Counted from the stretch's first letter, positions 48,163-57,398 are shown. The stretch: 58,754 nucleotides of DNA from Bacteroidota bacterium (GCA_023412755.1 JAEZCB010000015.1:1-58754); one strand, 5' to 3'. Program-made: numbers and translations. The notes: generated by a model from the letters alone, not told the origin.

Positions 48163-48585
48163 ATGAAACGTGGAACCCTCATCATGGCCGTGGCCATGAT
48201 CCATGCTGTGGTCTTTACCGCAGGTGGGTCCTGGCCATGGGTGCATCTCGCCTCGTATCAGGATCTTTTGGGACTGCAAGGTTCGGGGTGGGTGGCCCGT
48301 GGCTTCGGCGGCATGCAGTTCTTCATAGGGTGCGGACTGTTCATTAGCATACACCGTGGCCTGGTGGAACCCCCTGTACGGCTTATAGCAGCTGGTGCCG
48401 GCGCATTCGGCGCGTTCACCTTCTTTCTCACCACCCCACAGACCGGGTCCGCGCCAATAGCTCTGGCCATTGCCGCCACGCACATCTTACTCGCGCTGGC
48501 CTGGACCGGTATCATGCTCACCGGCGGTTCCCCTTATAGGCCACGCCCCGTGATGGACGTGAAGAGACAGAAGGCACGGCTCTAG
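48163..48585 (+). CDS. Small 4-TM membrane protein
   Basis: The in-frame ATG gives MKRGTLIMAVAMIHAVVFTAGG... Four hydrophobic helices and a basic C-terminus. Confidence 0.5.
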   Translation: MKRGTLIMAVAMIHAVVFTAGGSWPWVHLASYQDLLGLQGSGWVARGFGGMQFFIGCGLFISIHRGLVEPPVRLIAAGAGAFGAFTFFLTTPQTGSAPIALAIAATHILLALAWTGIMLTGGSPYRPRPVMDVKRQKARL

Positions 48586-48628
48586 GATAGGTGATCCGCG
48601 ATCGGCACATTCTTAGGATTGTGCGCAT

Positions 48629-49000
48629 GTGAACATGAGCAATTCTACACATCCCATCAGCGGCATTGCGGAAAGCATCGACCGCATTACCGGCAGATTC
48701 GAACCAGGCACACGGCCCTATGAGGAAGTGGTGGTGCAGGCGAGGGCCGGCGTGGACAAGGCCAGGGATCGGGATGATCTGGTAAGGGTGGTCGATGCTT
48801 TGGAAGCGAAGGTGCTTCCCCATCTTACCGATGATGAACTTGGACCGTTCAAGGCGGCATTGGAACAGTTGCGTAAGTATGATGGTCCATGGCCGGTGGA
48901 AGCATTCAAGGAGGCGTTCAATATTGGCACGGGTAAAGAGCTGCCTGATGATGGCCATGCGGCAGGACGGGGGGTGGATCCACGAGGTGCACAGCCATGA
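48629..49000 (+). CDS. Hypothetical protein (123 aa)
   Basis: Helical, charged composition. It overlaps the next ORF by 4 nt (ATGA). Confidence 0.5.
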   Translation: MNMSNSTHPISGIAESIDRITGRFEPGTRPYEEVVVQARAGVDKARDRDDLVRVVDALEAKVLPHLTDDELGPFKAALEQLRKYDGPWPVEAFKEAFNIGTGKELPDDGHAAGRGVDPRGAQP

Positions 49001-49293
49001 AGAGCGATCCACGCACAGAAGAGTTGAAGAATGCCCTAACACCTCTGGGTAAGGTCCACATTGCGGAAGAGACAAAGGATGAAGTGAGTGTGGTGGTGGA
49101 CAAACCTGTGGACATCCAAGCGGTGGATGATGCGTTATTGAGTGTTCTAACAGCGGAACCATTTGACCGCATGGAACGGCAGGAGAGCTGGCACATACGC
49201 GTGTTGAAGCGCGAACGGGACCGGCCGCAGGATCTGCGATACGATGCGGTGCGCGTTGTGGATAGCTACTATGAGTACAGGCCGAGAGTGTAG
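48997..49293 (+). CDS. Hypothetical protein (98 aa)
   Basis: Translationally coupled to the preceding ORF. MKSDPRTEELKNALTPLGKVHIAEETKDEVSVVVDKPVDIQAVDDALL... Confidence 0.5.
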   Translation: MKSDPRTEELKNALTPLGKVHIAEETKDEVSVVVDKPVDIQAVDDALLSVLTAEPFDRMERQESWHIRVLKRERDRPQDLRYDAVRVVDSYYEYRPRV

Positions 49294-49306
49294 TAGGCAG
49301 GCCTTT

Positions 49307-49909
49307 TCAACGCACGTAGGCCGCATACAGACTCAAGGGCCGTATGTTCTTTATAGCTCCGGTGGTCTTGGCCATTAGGGTCAACGTTCCGAAGAACAGC
49401 CTTTGCATCCAGGCAGGCCACCATGCCAGACGGTATTCATTCCTCAAAGCATAATGGATGGTTCCAGCTTCCAGCCAGGGCACGTCCTGCCAGGATCCGC
49501 CATTGCGAATGGCGCTGCACGCCAGCTGTGTGAAATACCACTCGATGTTGAGTCCCGGGCTGAAGGAGACCTTGGCGACCAGTGGAACTTCCTGGGAAGC
49601 ATTACCGAACGTATGGGCCACACCTCTCGGGATCGATATAGTCTCACCTGCCGAGACCTGCATTCGCCTGCCGTTCAGCCTTAGATCCATGCTGCCGGCC
49701 AGCACCTGCACTTCTTCATGTTGCTTTGGATGCAGGTGCATAGGGGGTGGTGTGCCCCCCGCTGGAATGGTGAAGATCATTTCCGAGAGTGCACCACGTG
49801 TATCCTGGGATGTGGAAAGGAATTGAAGGGTCTCGCCCTCTTTACGAAGAAATAGTACCCGGTGGGTCCGGCTCCTCTTCGGATGGGTCGATAATGAATG
49901 TACCTGCAT
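49307..49909 (-). CDS. Cupin domain-containing protein
   Basis: The in-frame ATG at 49909 is the likely start. IPAGGTPPPMHLHPKQHEEVQVLAGSMDLRLNGRRMQVSAGETISIPRGVAHTF is a cupin metal-site pattern. The upstream 96 codons of the track ORF look non-coding. Confidence 0.7.
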   Translation of the reverse strand: MQVHSLSTHPKRSRTHRVLFLRKEGETLQFLSTSQDTRGALSEMIFTIPAGGTPPPMHLHPKQHEEVQVLAGSMDLRLNGRRMQVSAGETISIPRGVAHTFGNASQEVPLVAKVSFSPGLNIEWYFTQLACSAIRNGGSWQDVPWLEAGTIHYALRNEYRLAWWPAWMQRLFFGTLTLMAKTTGAIKNIRPLSLYAAYVR

Positions 49910-49987
49910 AATGGAATGATGGTGCACCAGGTACGCCAAGGCTGTGCCAAATGGTCCGTTGCTTGCTCGTAAGGTTTCTGTCCACAA

Positions 49988-50836
49988 ATGGAAACAGCGA
50001 CCCATGCAGGCCCTCCTTCGCCACAAGGATCCTATTCTGTTGCGGACTTGCGGTCCAGACACAAGGAATTCATGGCACTTGATCGTGAAGGCATGTCTCC
50101 TTCCGAAGTGGCTGAAAGCTTCACCCGGTGTTATGGTTTGCTTCCCATCGTGGTAATGAAATGCGACGCAAGCATACTGGGCTGCGACCTGCTGCATAGG
50201 GCAAGATGGGTGGATGCATCGAATGAGGATGTAGGTTCACTGGATACATACTGTTATCCGCGTTCGCTGGATAAACAGGTCATGGGCAGGGAGAACCTTG
50301 CGGGCTGCCCGGTCTTCTATACTTGCGCAGATGCACGGAGTTCCATTCGCGAGGCAAGCCACAGCAGGCGCAATGGCCACGACCTCTTCCGCAGCGAATG
50401 GGCTTTCAGTGATGGGGAGCCATGGCAGATGGCACCACTCATACCGCATGATCGCGTGGAAAGCATGGGGATCCCATTCCAGGCGGCATGGCGTGAAGCC
50501 ATGGCGGAATACACCTTACGGACAGGGTCCATGCCTTCGGATCATTTGATCGCCCTGCACAACTGTATCGCCGAACTCTTCCTTTCCCAGAGCTATGAGG
50601 TCACCTCATGGGTCGCACACCGGATCATGCAGGAACTCGGTGCTGCGGAAATGCTCATATACCCCAGCCTCATGGCCGATGAAAAGGATCTCTGTCATGC
50701 CTTCCACACCAGACCGATCGATCAACATCGTGTGGAGCTGAAGCGGGTGGTACAGCTTCATCCTGAGCAGGGGGAACTAACACCGTTGAAGGTGGGGACG
50801 GCGAATGGCGGAGTGGTGCACTGGACTTCCATCTGA
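49988..50836 (+). CDS. RES-domain-like protein (putative NAD+-targeting toxin family), no partner antitoxin seen
   Basis: LHRARWVDAS...YPRSLDKQVMGRENLAGCPVFYTCADARSSIREA (R...GRxN..G.PvfY......E) and AEMLIYPSLMAD (PS) match the R-E-S signature order. The start is uncertain (alternative ATG at 50072). Confidence 0.5.
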   Translation: METATHAGPPSPQGSYSVADLRSRHKEFMALDREGMSPSEVAESFTRCYGLLPIVVMKCDASILGCDLLHRARWVDASNEDVGSLDTYCYPRSLDKQVMGRENLAGCPVFYTCADARSSIREASHSRRNGHDLFRSEWAFSDGEPWQMAPLIPHDRVESMGIPFQAAWREAMAEYTLRTGSMPSDHLIALHNCIAELFLSQSYEVTSWVAHRIMQELGAAEMLIYPSLMADEKDLCHAFHTRPIDQHRVELKRVVQLHPEQGELTPLKVGTANGGVVHWTSI

Positions 50837-50994
50837 ATGAGCCGCCTGGATCGTGGCAACATCACTACGGATCGTGTCGCACCTACCACGAGATGATCGT
50901 TCATAAGGTGTTGGATCAGTGTTGATCGATAAGGAATTCAGCGTGAAAGCCTATTTGGCCAAGGATCGGTAAACGATCTGCTTCACGGAACCTC

Positions 50995-51555
50995 GTGGCG
51001 ATCCGCATATACTTCAAACCAGGAGCGAAACAAGCACGCGCTGCTGCCGACTATTACCAGGAGGTCATCCGCTCCTTCGTGGCCGAGCAGGTGGATCATC
51101 TGAAACCCGAACATTTCCTGGTAGTACAGGAAGGACAACGGGATACCGCCCTGCGCATCTGGTCACCTTTCGGAACGGAAGGTTCCGCAGTGGCCGACCA
51201 TACCCAGATACTGCAGTCCACATCAACGTGTTTCAAGCGATTGCGCAGGGGGCATGGATCCATTACTGAAGTCACTGATGTCTGGCAACAACTGAAGGAG
51301 GATCTTTTGAGGGATGGGAAACAGGTGGTACTGTTGGAGAGGCTGGTGCTGCGCAGCGAAAAGGTGACACAGGTCGCGGGCGTACGCGGAGACGACCTTG
51401 TTTTTGTGAATGGCCCAGGGTATGTTTTCACCGCGTTGGGTGATGGATTGTACGGCCTTGCTTTGGAGGGAAGAGGAAGTTACCTCATAGAAAAGCCGCA
51501 GAATGATGTGGGCCAGGAGGTCTCTTTCATGAGGCAGGGAAATGCCGAGGCATGA
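50995..51555 (+). CDS. Hypothetical protein (186 aa, GTG start)
   Basis: Globular composition with no motif recognised. It ends 50 nt before the otsA-otsB fusion gene. Confidence 0.45.
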   Translation: MAIRIYFKPGAKQARAAADYYQEVIRSFVAEQVDHLKPEHFLVVQEGQRDTALRIWSPFGTEGSAVADHTQILQSTSTCFKRLRRGHGSITEVTDVWQQLKEDLLRDGKQVVLLERLVLRSEKVTQVAGVRGDDLVFVNGPGYVFTALGDGLYGLALEGRGSYLIEKPQNDVGQEVSFMRQGNAEA

Positions 51556-51604
51556 TCCGGCGCACAGTTTGTGGACCGGACAGTACTCTACTCATCACCC
51601 TCGC

Positions 51605-53869
51605 ATGGATCGAACCTCTTCCGACAAGCCAGGAGATCAACGGCTTGTCATCATCGCCAATCGTCTTCCATACCGGATATCCGAACGGAACAATGTGCTA
51701 ACCGTAGTTCCCAGTGCAGGCGGTCTGGTCAGCAGCATAGGCTCATACATCTCCAAGAATGAAAATGCCAAGGATATACTCTGGGTCGGTGCATCCGATC
51801 TATCCGAGCGTAAATTGAGGAAGCACCTCGGGCCTCAGGGAGAATTGCAGGAAGGCCGTTATACCCTCCATCCCGTGTTCCTCCCGGGCGATGTGCAGGA
51901 TAATTTCTACAATGGATTCTGCAATTCCACCCTATGGCCTTTGTTCCACTACTTCACTTCTTATGTGAAGTATGACGAGGCCGAATACGAGGATTACAAA
52001 AAGGCTAACGAGATCTTCGCCGAGAAACTTGCTGGCATCCTGCTTCCCAATGACAAGATCTGGGTGCATGACTACCATTTGATGCTGTTGCCCGCCATGC
52101 TGCGCGAATTGCGGCCGGAAGCGGAGATCGGGTTCTTTCTACACATCCCTTTCCCCTCATCGGAAGTATTCCGTTCACTGCCCGATCGCTGGCGCAGGGA
52201 TCTGTTGCAGGGCGTGCTCAGTTCGGACCTCATCGGTTTCCATACACACGATTATGCCCAGCATTTCAAGCGCTCCGTTCAACACCTGCTCGGCTATGAT
52301 CACCACCTGCGCACCATTCGCACACCCGATCACGTGGCGGTGGTGGATGCATTCCCCATCAGCATAGACACCGCCTCGTTCCGCAACGCTTACAGCGATC
52401 CCACGGTGAAACGCGAACGGCAGCGGATCGAGCGCCAATGCAAGGGCAAGCGGATCCTCTTTTCCGTGGACCGCCTGGACTATACCAAGGGCTTGCTAAG
52501 CAGGCTGCATGCGTTCGAACATTTCCTTGAAAAGGAGAAGTGGGCTCAGGGGAATGTGATGTTCGTGATGGTGGTGGTCCCTTCCCGGGATGTGGTGAGC
52601 ACATACGCGGATCTGCGGCGCGAGATCGAAATGTTGGTAAGCCGCATCAATGGCAAGTACGGGAACATCGACTGGACCCCCGTGGTGTACCAGTATCGTT
52701 CGGTGGACCATGCGCATCTCGTAGCCTTGTACAGTTCCGCGGATGTCGCACTCATCACGCCGCTTCGCGATGGTATGAATCTCGTGGCGAAGGAATTCGC
52801 GGCCAGCCGAAAGGATAGGCGGGGCGTGTTGGTCCTGAGCGAAACAGCGGGTGCGGCGGCCGAACTGAGTGGGGCCATCCTTGTGAATCCGAATGACAAG
52901 GAGGCCATCGCTTCGGCCATTTCGCGCGCACTCTCCATGCCTCCGGAAGAACAGGAGGAACGCCATGAGGCCATGGCGAAACGTTTGGATCAATACGATG
53001 TGGATCGTTGGGCCAAGGATTTTCTGGATGAATTGCATGATGCCCGTGATCGCCAGGAAAGGATGCGTGCGAAAGAGGTGACCCCGGCGATCGAATCGGA
53101 TATCCTGAAGCGTTTCCACCAAGCCGGGTCACGCTTGTTGTTGCTCGACCATGATGGCACGTTGGTACCCTTCTCCAAGGAACCGAATAAGGCGGTGCCT
53201 ACCCCGGAGGTGCTGGACCTGTTGGAAGAGCTTACCAGGGATGATAGCAACGACCTGGTGGTGATCAGTGGAAGAGGGTCCGATGAATTGACCAGATGGT
53301 ATGGCCATTTGCCTGTGATCCTTTGTGCGGAGCATGGGGTCTTCTTCAGGGATCCGAAAGGGAAATGGCGCAGAACCATCCCCGATCAGAGGGACTGGCT
53401 GCATCGGGTGCAACCCATGTTCGAAGCGTTGGCGGAAAGATGCCCAGGTGCGCTGGTGGAAGAGAAACGCAACTCCATTGCCTGGCACTATCGCGGAGCT
53501 GATCGGGATCTTGGTTTTTTACGGAGCCGGGAATTGGTGGATCGCCTGAACGATATTGCCCCGGAACTGGGTTTCCGTGTCACGGAAGGCGATAGGGTGG
53601 TGGAGGCCCGCCCGCTCGGAGCGGACAAGGGCACACTTGTACGAGCCATGACCGGAGAAGGGAAGATCGATTTTATATTAGCGATGGGCGATGATCGTAC
53701 GGATGAGGACATGTTCGCGGCATTACCTCGGGACGCCTTCTCCATTTGCATCGGACTGCGGCCCACCCTCGCACGTTTCAATCTGCGCAATCAAAAGGAT
53801 GTTGTGCCTTTCCTGAGCCGCGTGCTGCGACCTGTAAGCGAACTGCATCAGCTCAAACATGATCGCTGA
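51605..53869 (+). CDS. otsAB: Bifunctional trehalose-6-phosphate synthase / trehalose-6-phosphate phosphatase (OtsA-OtsB fusion)
   Basis: The in-frame ATG at 51605 is the likely start. The GT20 part has VIIANRLPYRI, FCNSTLWPLFHY, WVHDYHLMLLP and DGMNLVAKEF. The HAD part has LLLLDHDGTL and AMGDDRTDEDMF. Confidence 0.9.
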   Translation: MDRTSSDKPGDQRLVIIANRLPYRISERNNVLTVVPSAGGLVSSIGSYISKNENAKDILWVGASDLSERKLRKHLGPQGELQEGRYTLHPVFLPGDVQDNFYNGFCNSTLWPLFHYFTSYVKYDEAEYEDYKKANEIFAEKLAGILLPNDKIWVHDYHLMLLPAMLRELRPEAEIGFFLHIPFPSSEVFRSLPDRWRRDLLQGVLSSDLIGFHTHDYAQHFKRSVQHLLGYDHHLRTIRTPDHVAVVDAFPISIDTASFRNAYSDPTVKRERQRIERQCKGKRILFSVDRLDYTKGLLSRLHAFEHFLEKEKWAQGNVMFVMVVVPSRDVVSTYADLRREIEMLVSRINGKYGNIDWTPVVYQYRSVDHAHLVALYSSADVALITPLRDGMNLVAKEFAASRKDRRGVLVLSETAGAAAELSGAILVNPNDKEAIASAISRALSMPPEEQEERHEAMAKRLDQYDVDRWAKDFLDELHDARDRQERMRAKEVTPAIESDILKRFHQAGSRLLLLDHDGTLVPFSKEPNKAVPTPEVLDLLEELTRDDSNDLVVISGRGSDELTRWYGHLPVILCAEHGVFFRDPKGKWRRTIPDQRDWLHRVQPMFEALAERCPGALVEEKRNSIAWHYRGADRDLGFLRSRELVDRLNDIAPELGFRVTEGDRVVEARPLGADKGTLVRAMTGEGKIDFILAMGDDRTDEDMFAALPRDAFSICIGLRPTLARFNLRNQKDVVPFLSRVLRPVSELHQLKHDR

Positions 53870-54186
53870 CCAATGGTGGTCTTTCTTCACGCATGGTGAG
53901 GTTCACTGGCCCCAATGGACCTGATCATGGGTCAATGGCTCTAGTTCGGTAAAAGCGCGCCTTTGTGGCCGATCCCTCCGGATCTTTGCCTCGATCCAGC
54001 TGCGGAAGCATCCAGGTGATGCGGCTGTCCATGCGCTGCGGCTTAAATGGCGCATGTATTGCCGAGAAAAGGTGGACCACTTGAGCATGAGCATCGCCTT
54101 CTTGGAACGGTTTGTTTCCCGGATGTATATGCGAATGATTCAGGTTGTCCGGAAACAAGATGCACACATAACTAAAACAGAGAACA

Positions 54187-55017
54187 ATGGCGGAATATCC
54201 AAGAGATCCTGGCACAACAGGCACCGGGCATAGCGGGGCCACAGGAGGAACAGGCTATACAGGTGGCACCGGTCATACAGGTGGCACCGGATACACAGGA
54301 GGTACAGGTCATACCGGGGGTACCGGTCCGGGAGGTCCGGGTCATAGGCGTAATGATCGCGAACCGAAGAGTTCAGCTGCGATATGGATCGTAGGTATCG
54401 TGGTGGTGGTAGGTGCGCTCGCGATCTGGATAGCACGGAATACCGTGGACGAATCGGATCGCATGCAGGCGAGGCCCGGAATGGAGCAAACGGGTTCGGA
54501 AAGGGATTTCGATCGCAACAATACGGCAGCACCATATGGTACAGATGGTGATCGAGACTTCGAGAACCGGCGAGGTGATCAAGGTTCCTTTGGAACCGAT
54601 GGCCGTGTAGGTACATCCACGGACGGTCGCTCCATGGATGATCGAGGCACCCTGGATGCACAAGAAGGTACTGGAACGATCCGTGGAGATTTCGAAGATC
54701 CCAGATTCGAAGAGGGTGACCAACGAGGTACGGGCACACAAGGTACCGGTACGGTAGGAACCCAGGGTGGTGGCACGGGAACAACCGGTGGTGGCACCAT
54801 GGGAACCGGCACAGCTACTGAAGGTGTGGGAACACAGGGCCAGACCAGTCCTCGAACGGGTACCACAGGTACAGGTGATACAGGCACTCAAAACAACATG
54901 AACACCGAGGGTGGAACGAATACCGGAACCGGGACCTCCGGAACGAATGCGGGCGGACAAGGCACAGGCGGTACGGGATCCCAGGGAACTGGCTCCGGTA
55001 CTACCACCACACCGTGA
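54187..55017 (+). CDS. Single-pass membrane protein with an N-terminal collagen-like G-X-T run and a C-terminal Thr-Gly-rich low-complexity region
   Basis: MAEYPRDPGTTGTGHSGATGGTGYTGGTGHTGGTGYTGGTGHTGGTGPGGPGH. The TM is AAIWIVGIVVVVGALAIWIA. A D/R/G-rich stretch is followed by GTGTQGTGTVGTQGGGTGTTGGGTMGTGTA...GSGTTTTP. Confidence 0.6.
   Translation: MAEYPRDPGTTGTGHSGATGGTGYTGGTGHTGGTGYTGGTGHTGGTGPGGPGHRRNDREPKSSAAIWIVGIVVVVGALAIWIARNTVDESDRMQARPGMEQTGSERDFDRNNTAAPYGTDGDRDFENRRGDQGSFGTDGRVGTSTDGRSMDDRGTLDAQEGTGTIRGDFEDPRFEEGDQRGTGTQGTGTVGTQGGGTGTTGGGTMGTGTATEGVGTQGQTSPRTGTTGTGDTGTQNNMNTEGGTNTGTGTSGTNAGGQGTGGTGSQGTGSGTTTTP
54226..54342 (+). repeat. Imperfect 18-nt tandem repeat (GGN ACN GGN YAY ACN GGN) encoding 13 consecutive Gly-X-Y triplets
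   Basis: Read directly: ggc acc ggt cat aca ggt / ggc acc gga tac aca gga / ggt aca ggt cat acc ggg / ggt acc ggt ccg gga ggt ... Confidence 0.75.
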
Positions 55018-55030
55018 TCATTGGTCCGGC

Positions 55031-55071
55031 AAAAGGAAAAGGCCCTGGGGATACCAGGGCCTTTTCCTTTT
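55031..55071. terminator. Bidirectional rho-independent terminator
   Basis: aaaaggaaaaggccctgg / ccagggccttttcctttt is an 18-bp stem between convergent genes, with A- and T-runs. Confidence 0.8.
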
Positions 55072-55088
55072 GCTTTATCTGCGGTGGA

Positions 55089-56249
55089 TCATTTGTCTTT
55101 TTCCTTATCACCACCGAATAGGCGCTTGAAGAACCCCCGTTCATCCTTCTCATGCCCTTCATCCACCTGCCCGATATTTATATCCCGGTCCAACTGGGGT
55201 TCCAATGCCTTGATGAACGCGTTCCTTAGCAGATCCACAACCGCATACCAGGTCAATACATTGGGGTCTTCGAGATCCCCCTCCAACGGTACCCTCGTGG
55301 CGATCTGCTGCTCATTCGGGTTACGGATCAAACTCGTGCCCAAGGCCACCAACCCCTGCCATATCTGCTCGCCAAGAGGTTTGTCACGATCCTTTGGTCC
55401 CAATACCTGCAGATCCTCGATCACCGGTTTCACATAGCCGATGAATTTTCCTTGGTTGGAAGCGATCTCCGTGAATAAGCTGATGCGGCCTTGCTGGATA
55501 TCAAAGTTGCCATAAGCCTGGAAGAATTCATTGAAAAGGGTCATGTCCGCATTCTCCAGGCGTACAGCCATATCGAAGGTTGGCGAGCTGGCAATGGGAT
55601 CGAGCCCCATGTCCAGATCGAAAGTGCCACCATAGACATTGGCGTTCATGCGCACACTGCCGGGAAGCAGATCGTTCGTGTCCTTCTCTGTGGTAAGACC
55701 CTCCGCCACCAATTCTATATGCTCCATGGCGAGGAATACTTCCGGGCTGGTGGTGGGATCGCGGAATTGAAAGGATCCATTCCGGATCTCGAATCGCTCG
55801 ATCTCTATGGGCATGAAATCCTCGAATAGATCGGCCAGCTCAGTTGTGTCCTGGGCCACTTCCTTCGGCTCTACTTCATCTTTTGTGAACCTTACCATGG
55901 GCCGATCAAGGATCACCTGTCCGGCGATACGTCCATTGAAAATCGCCTCCCACTCCAAGGGATGATCGATGTTGTCCACCGCCACGAACGGGCTCCTTAC
56001 GCCGGAGGTGGTATCCTGCTTGTCAAGGAATGCGGAGTGTATCTGGTACGCACCACGCAGTATCGCCAGGGATAGATCATCGATATGCCCGTAGTATCCG
56101 GGCATCTCTTTCAAGCGCTTGTTCGCCTGGTCCAATAGCACATATGGCAGGGCTATCCTAACTGCCAGTATGATCACTACCAGGACCAGGAGTATCTTCC
56201 AGATGGTCCCTTTCCGGCGTTTTTTACCGTTGTCGTTCTTACTACTCAT
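55089..56249 (-). CDS. DUF748-like membrane-anchored protein
   Basis: The in-frame ATG at 56249 gives MSSKNDNGKKRRKGTIWKILLVLVVIILAVRIALPYVLLDQANKRLKEMPGYYGHIDD, which resembles the DUF748 N-terminus. The family assignment is from memory only. Confidence 0.5.
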   Translation of the reverse strand: MSSKNDNGKKRRKGTIWKILLVLVVIILAVRIALPYVLLDQANKRLKEMPGYYGHIDDLSLAILRGAYQIHSAFLDKQDTTSGVRSPFVAVDNIDHPLEWEAIFNGRIAGQVILDRPMVRFTKDEVEPKEVAQDTTELADLFEDFMPIEIERFEIRNGSFQFRDPTTSPEVFLAMEHIELVAEGLTTEKDTNDLLPGSVRMNANVYGGTFDLDMGLDPIASSPTFDMAVRLENADMTLFNEFFQAYGNFDIQQGRISLFTEIASNQGKFIGYVKPVIEDLQVLGPKDRDKPLGEQIWQGLVALGTSLIRNPNEQQIATRVPLEGDLEDPNVLTWYAVVDLLRNAFIKALEPQLDRDINIGQVDEGHEKDERGFFKRLFGGDKEKDK

Positions 56250-56468
56250 GCCGCTGGCTTGGCAACTGTCATTCCTCAAGTAACGGAAAGCCGGTTCAAT
56301 TGGATGAACTTGTGGTCCATAAGGCGGGATGAGCGTATACGGTTCGCCATCGATCGGGGAGCGCAATCCACGATCGATCGTTAATTATGAAAGAGCTCTT
56401 CTTCCGCTCCCTTCAGTAATAGGATCGGCATAAGCTTCGCCCATTGTAAGGATCATAAGCGATCACAG

Positions 56469-56618
56469 ATGGAGAAGCATAATTCCAAGAGAGTGACAAG
56501 GCGTGGTGTAGGAAGCAATGATCAGCGGGCACTGAAGTGGAAGGAGCAGGCCATCCTGGATGCCATCCGCGCGAAAGGCTATAAAGCGGATGAGATCGTG
56601 GTAAGGTTTGAAGAATAG
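56469..56618 (+). CDS. Candidate small basic ORF (49 aa) immediately upstream of ku, below the track cutoff
   Basis: My translation is MEKHNSKRVTRRGVGSNDQRALKWKEQAILDAIRAKGYKADEIVVRFEE*. Its stop lies 3 nt before the ku ATG. Confidence 0.35.
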   Translation: MEKHNSKRVTRRGVGSNDQRALKWKEQAILDAIRAKGYKADEIVVRFEE

Positions 56619-56621
56619 GTC

Positions 56622-57398
56622 ATGAGAGCGATTTGGAAAGGAGCGATCGCGTTCGGATTGGTGAACATTCCTGTGAAGCTTTTCAGTGCTTCACAGGGAA
56701 GTGAACTCGATCTTGATATGCTGGACGCGAAGGATCATGCGCGCATCCGTTTTCGTCGTGTGAATGAGAACACTGGGAAGGAGGTTCCCTATGAGCGCAT
56801 CGTTCGCGCATTCAACAGTGAAGGTCGGTATGTTGTGGTCTCCGATGAGGATATGAAGAAGGCCGCTGCGGAAAAGACCGGCACCATATCGATCCAGGAT
56901 TTCATACCAGAGGAACAGGTGCCTGGCAAATACTTCGAGAAGCCATACTATCTCGCACCGGAAAAAAGCGGAGAGCGGGCGTACGCCCTGTTGCGCGAGG
57001 CGTTGAAGAAGAGCAAGAAGGTGGCCGTGGCGACCTTTGTCATGCGCACCAAGGAACATCCGGGCCTGCTTGTTCCAGATGGTGATGTGCTCATCCTTAA
57101 TCAGCTTCGCTATGCGGAGGAGGTCCGCGATCCCAATGAACTGAATGTGCCCCGTGATGTGAAGATCCCACCGGCGGAGCTCAAGCTGGCCATGTCACTC
57201 ATCGATCAGGGAACAGGTGAGTTCGATATCAAACGGTATAAGGACACCTATTCCGAACAGCTCATGAAGATGATCCACGCCAAGGCCAAGGGCAAACCCA
57301 TTCCACAGAAGGAATTGAAGGTGGTTCATACCAAGGGGGATGATCTCATGGATCAGCTCAAGGCGAGCTTGAATACGCGTAAGAAAAAGTCTTCATGA
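56622..57398 (+). CDS. ku: Ku protein (bacterial non-homologous end-joining)
   Basis: MRAIWKGAIAFGLVNIPVKLFSA..., ...YFEKPYYLAPEKSGERAYALLREAL... and a basic C-terminal tail. Confidence 0.95.
   Translation: MRAIWKGAIAFGLVNIPVKLFSASQGSELDLDMLDAKDHARIRFRRVNENTGKEVPYERIVRAFNSEGRYVVVSDEDMKKAAAEKTGTISIQDFIPEEQVPGKYFEKPYYLAPEKSGERAYALLREALKKSKKVAVATFVMRTKEHPGLLVPDGDVLILNQLRYAEEVRDPNELNVPRDVKIPPAELKLAMSLIDQGTGEFDIKRYKDTYSEQLMKMIHAKAKGKPIPQKELKVVHTKGDDLMDQLKASLNTRKKKSS

Noticed and set aside
38231-54108. Shared TTGGAAC (ECF -35-like) upstream of the two TG-rich genes (38231-38237 on the minus strand; 54102-54108), and GAAAC 20-40 nt upstream of four cluster genes
   Set aside because: The spacing to any common downstream element differs (18 vs 25 nt; 7-16 nt). 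Short motifs like these are expected by chance, so there is not enough evidence to call a promoter motif.
53870-54186. 317-nt gap with minus ORFs 53903..54094 and 53925..54242
   Set aside because: They have no recognisable motif and biased composition, and they overlap the promoter region of 54187. They are treated as non-coding. A decayed gene fragment cannot be excluded.
54140-54960. Minus-strand ORFs of 214, 195 and 102 aa
   Set aside because: They are antisense translations of the GGT/ACC-rich repeat gene (Pro/Val-rich). The + frame has a start context, a TM helix and a terminator.
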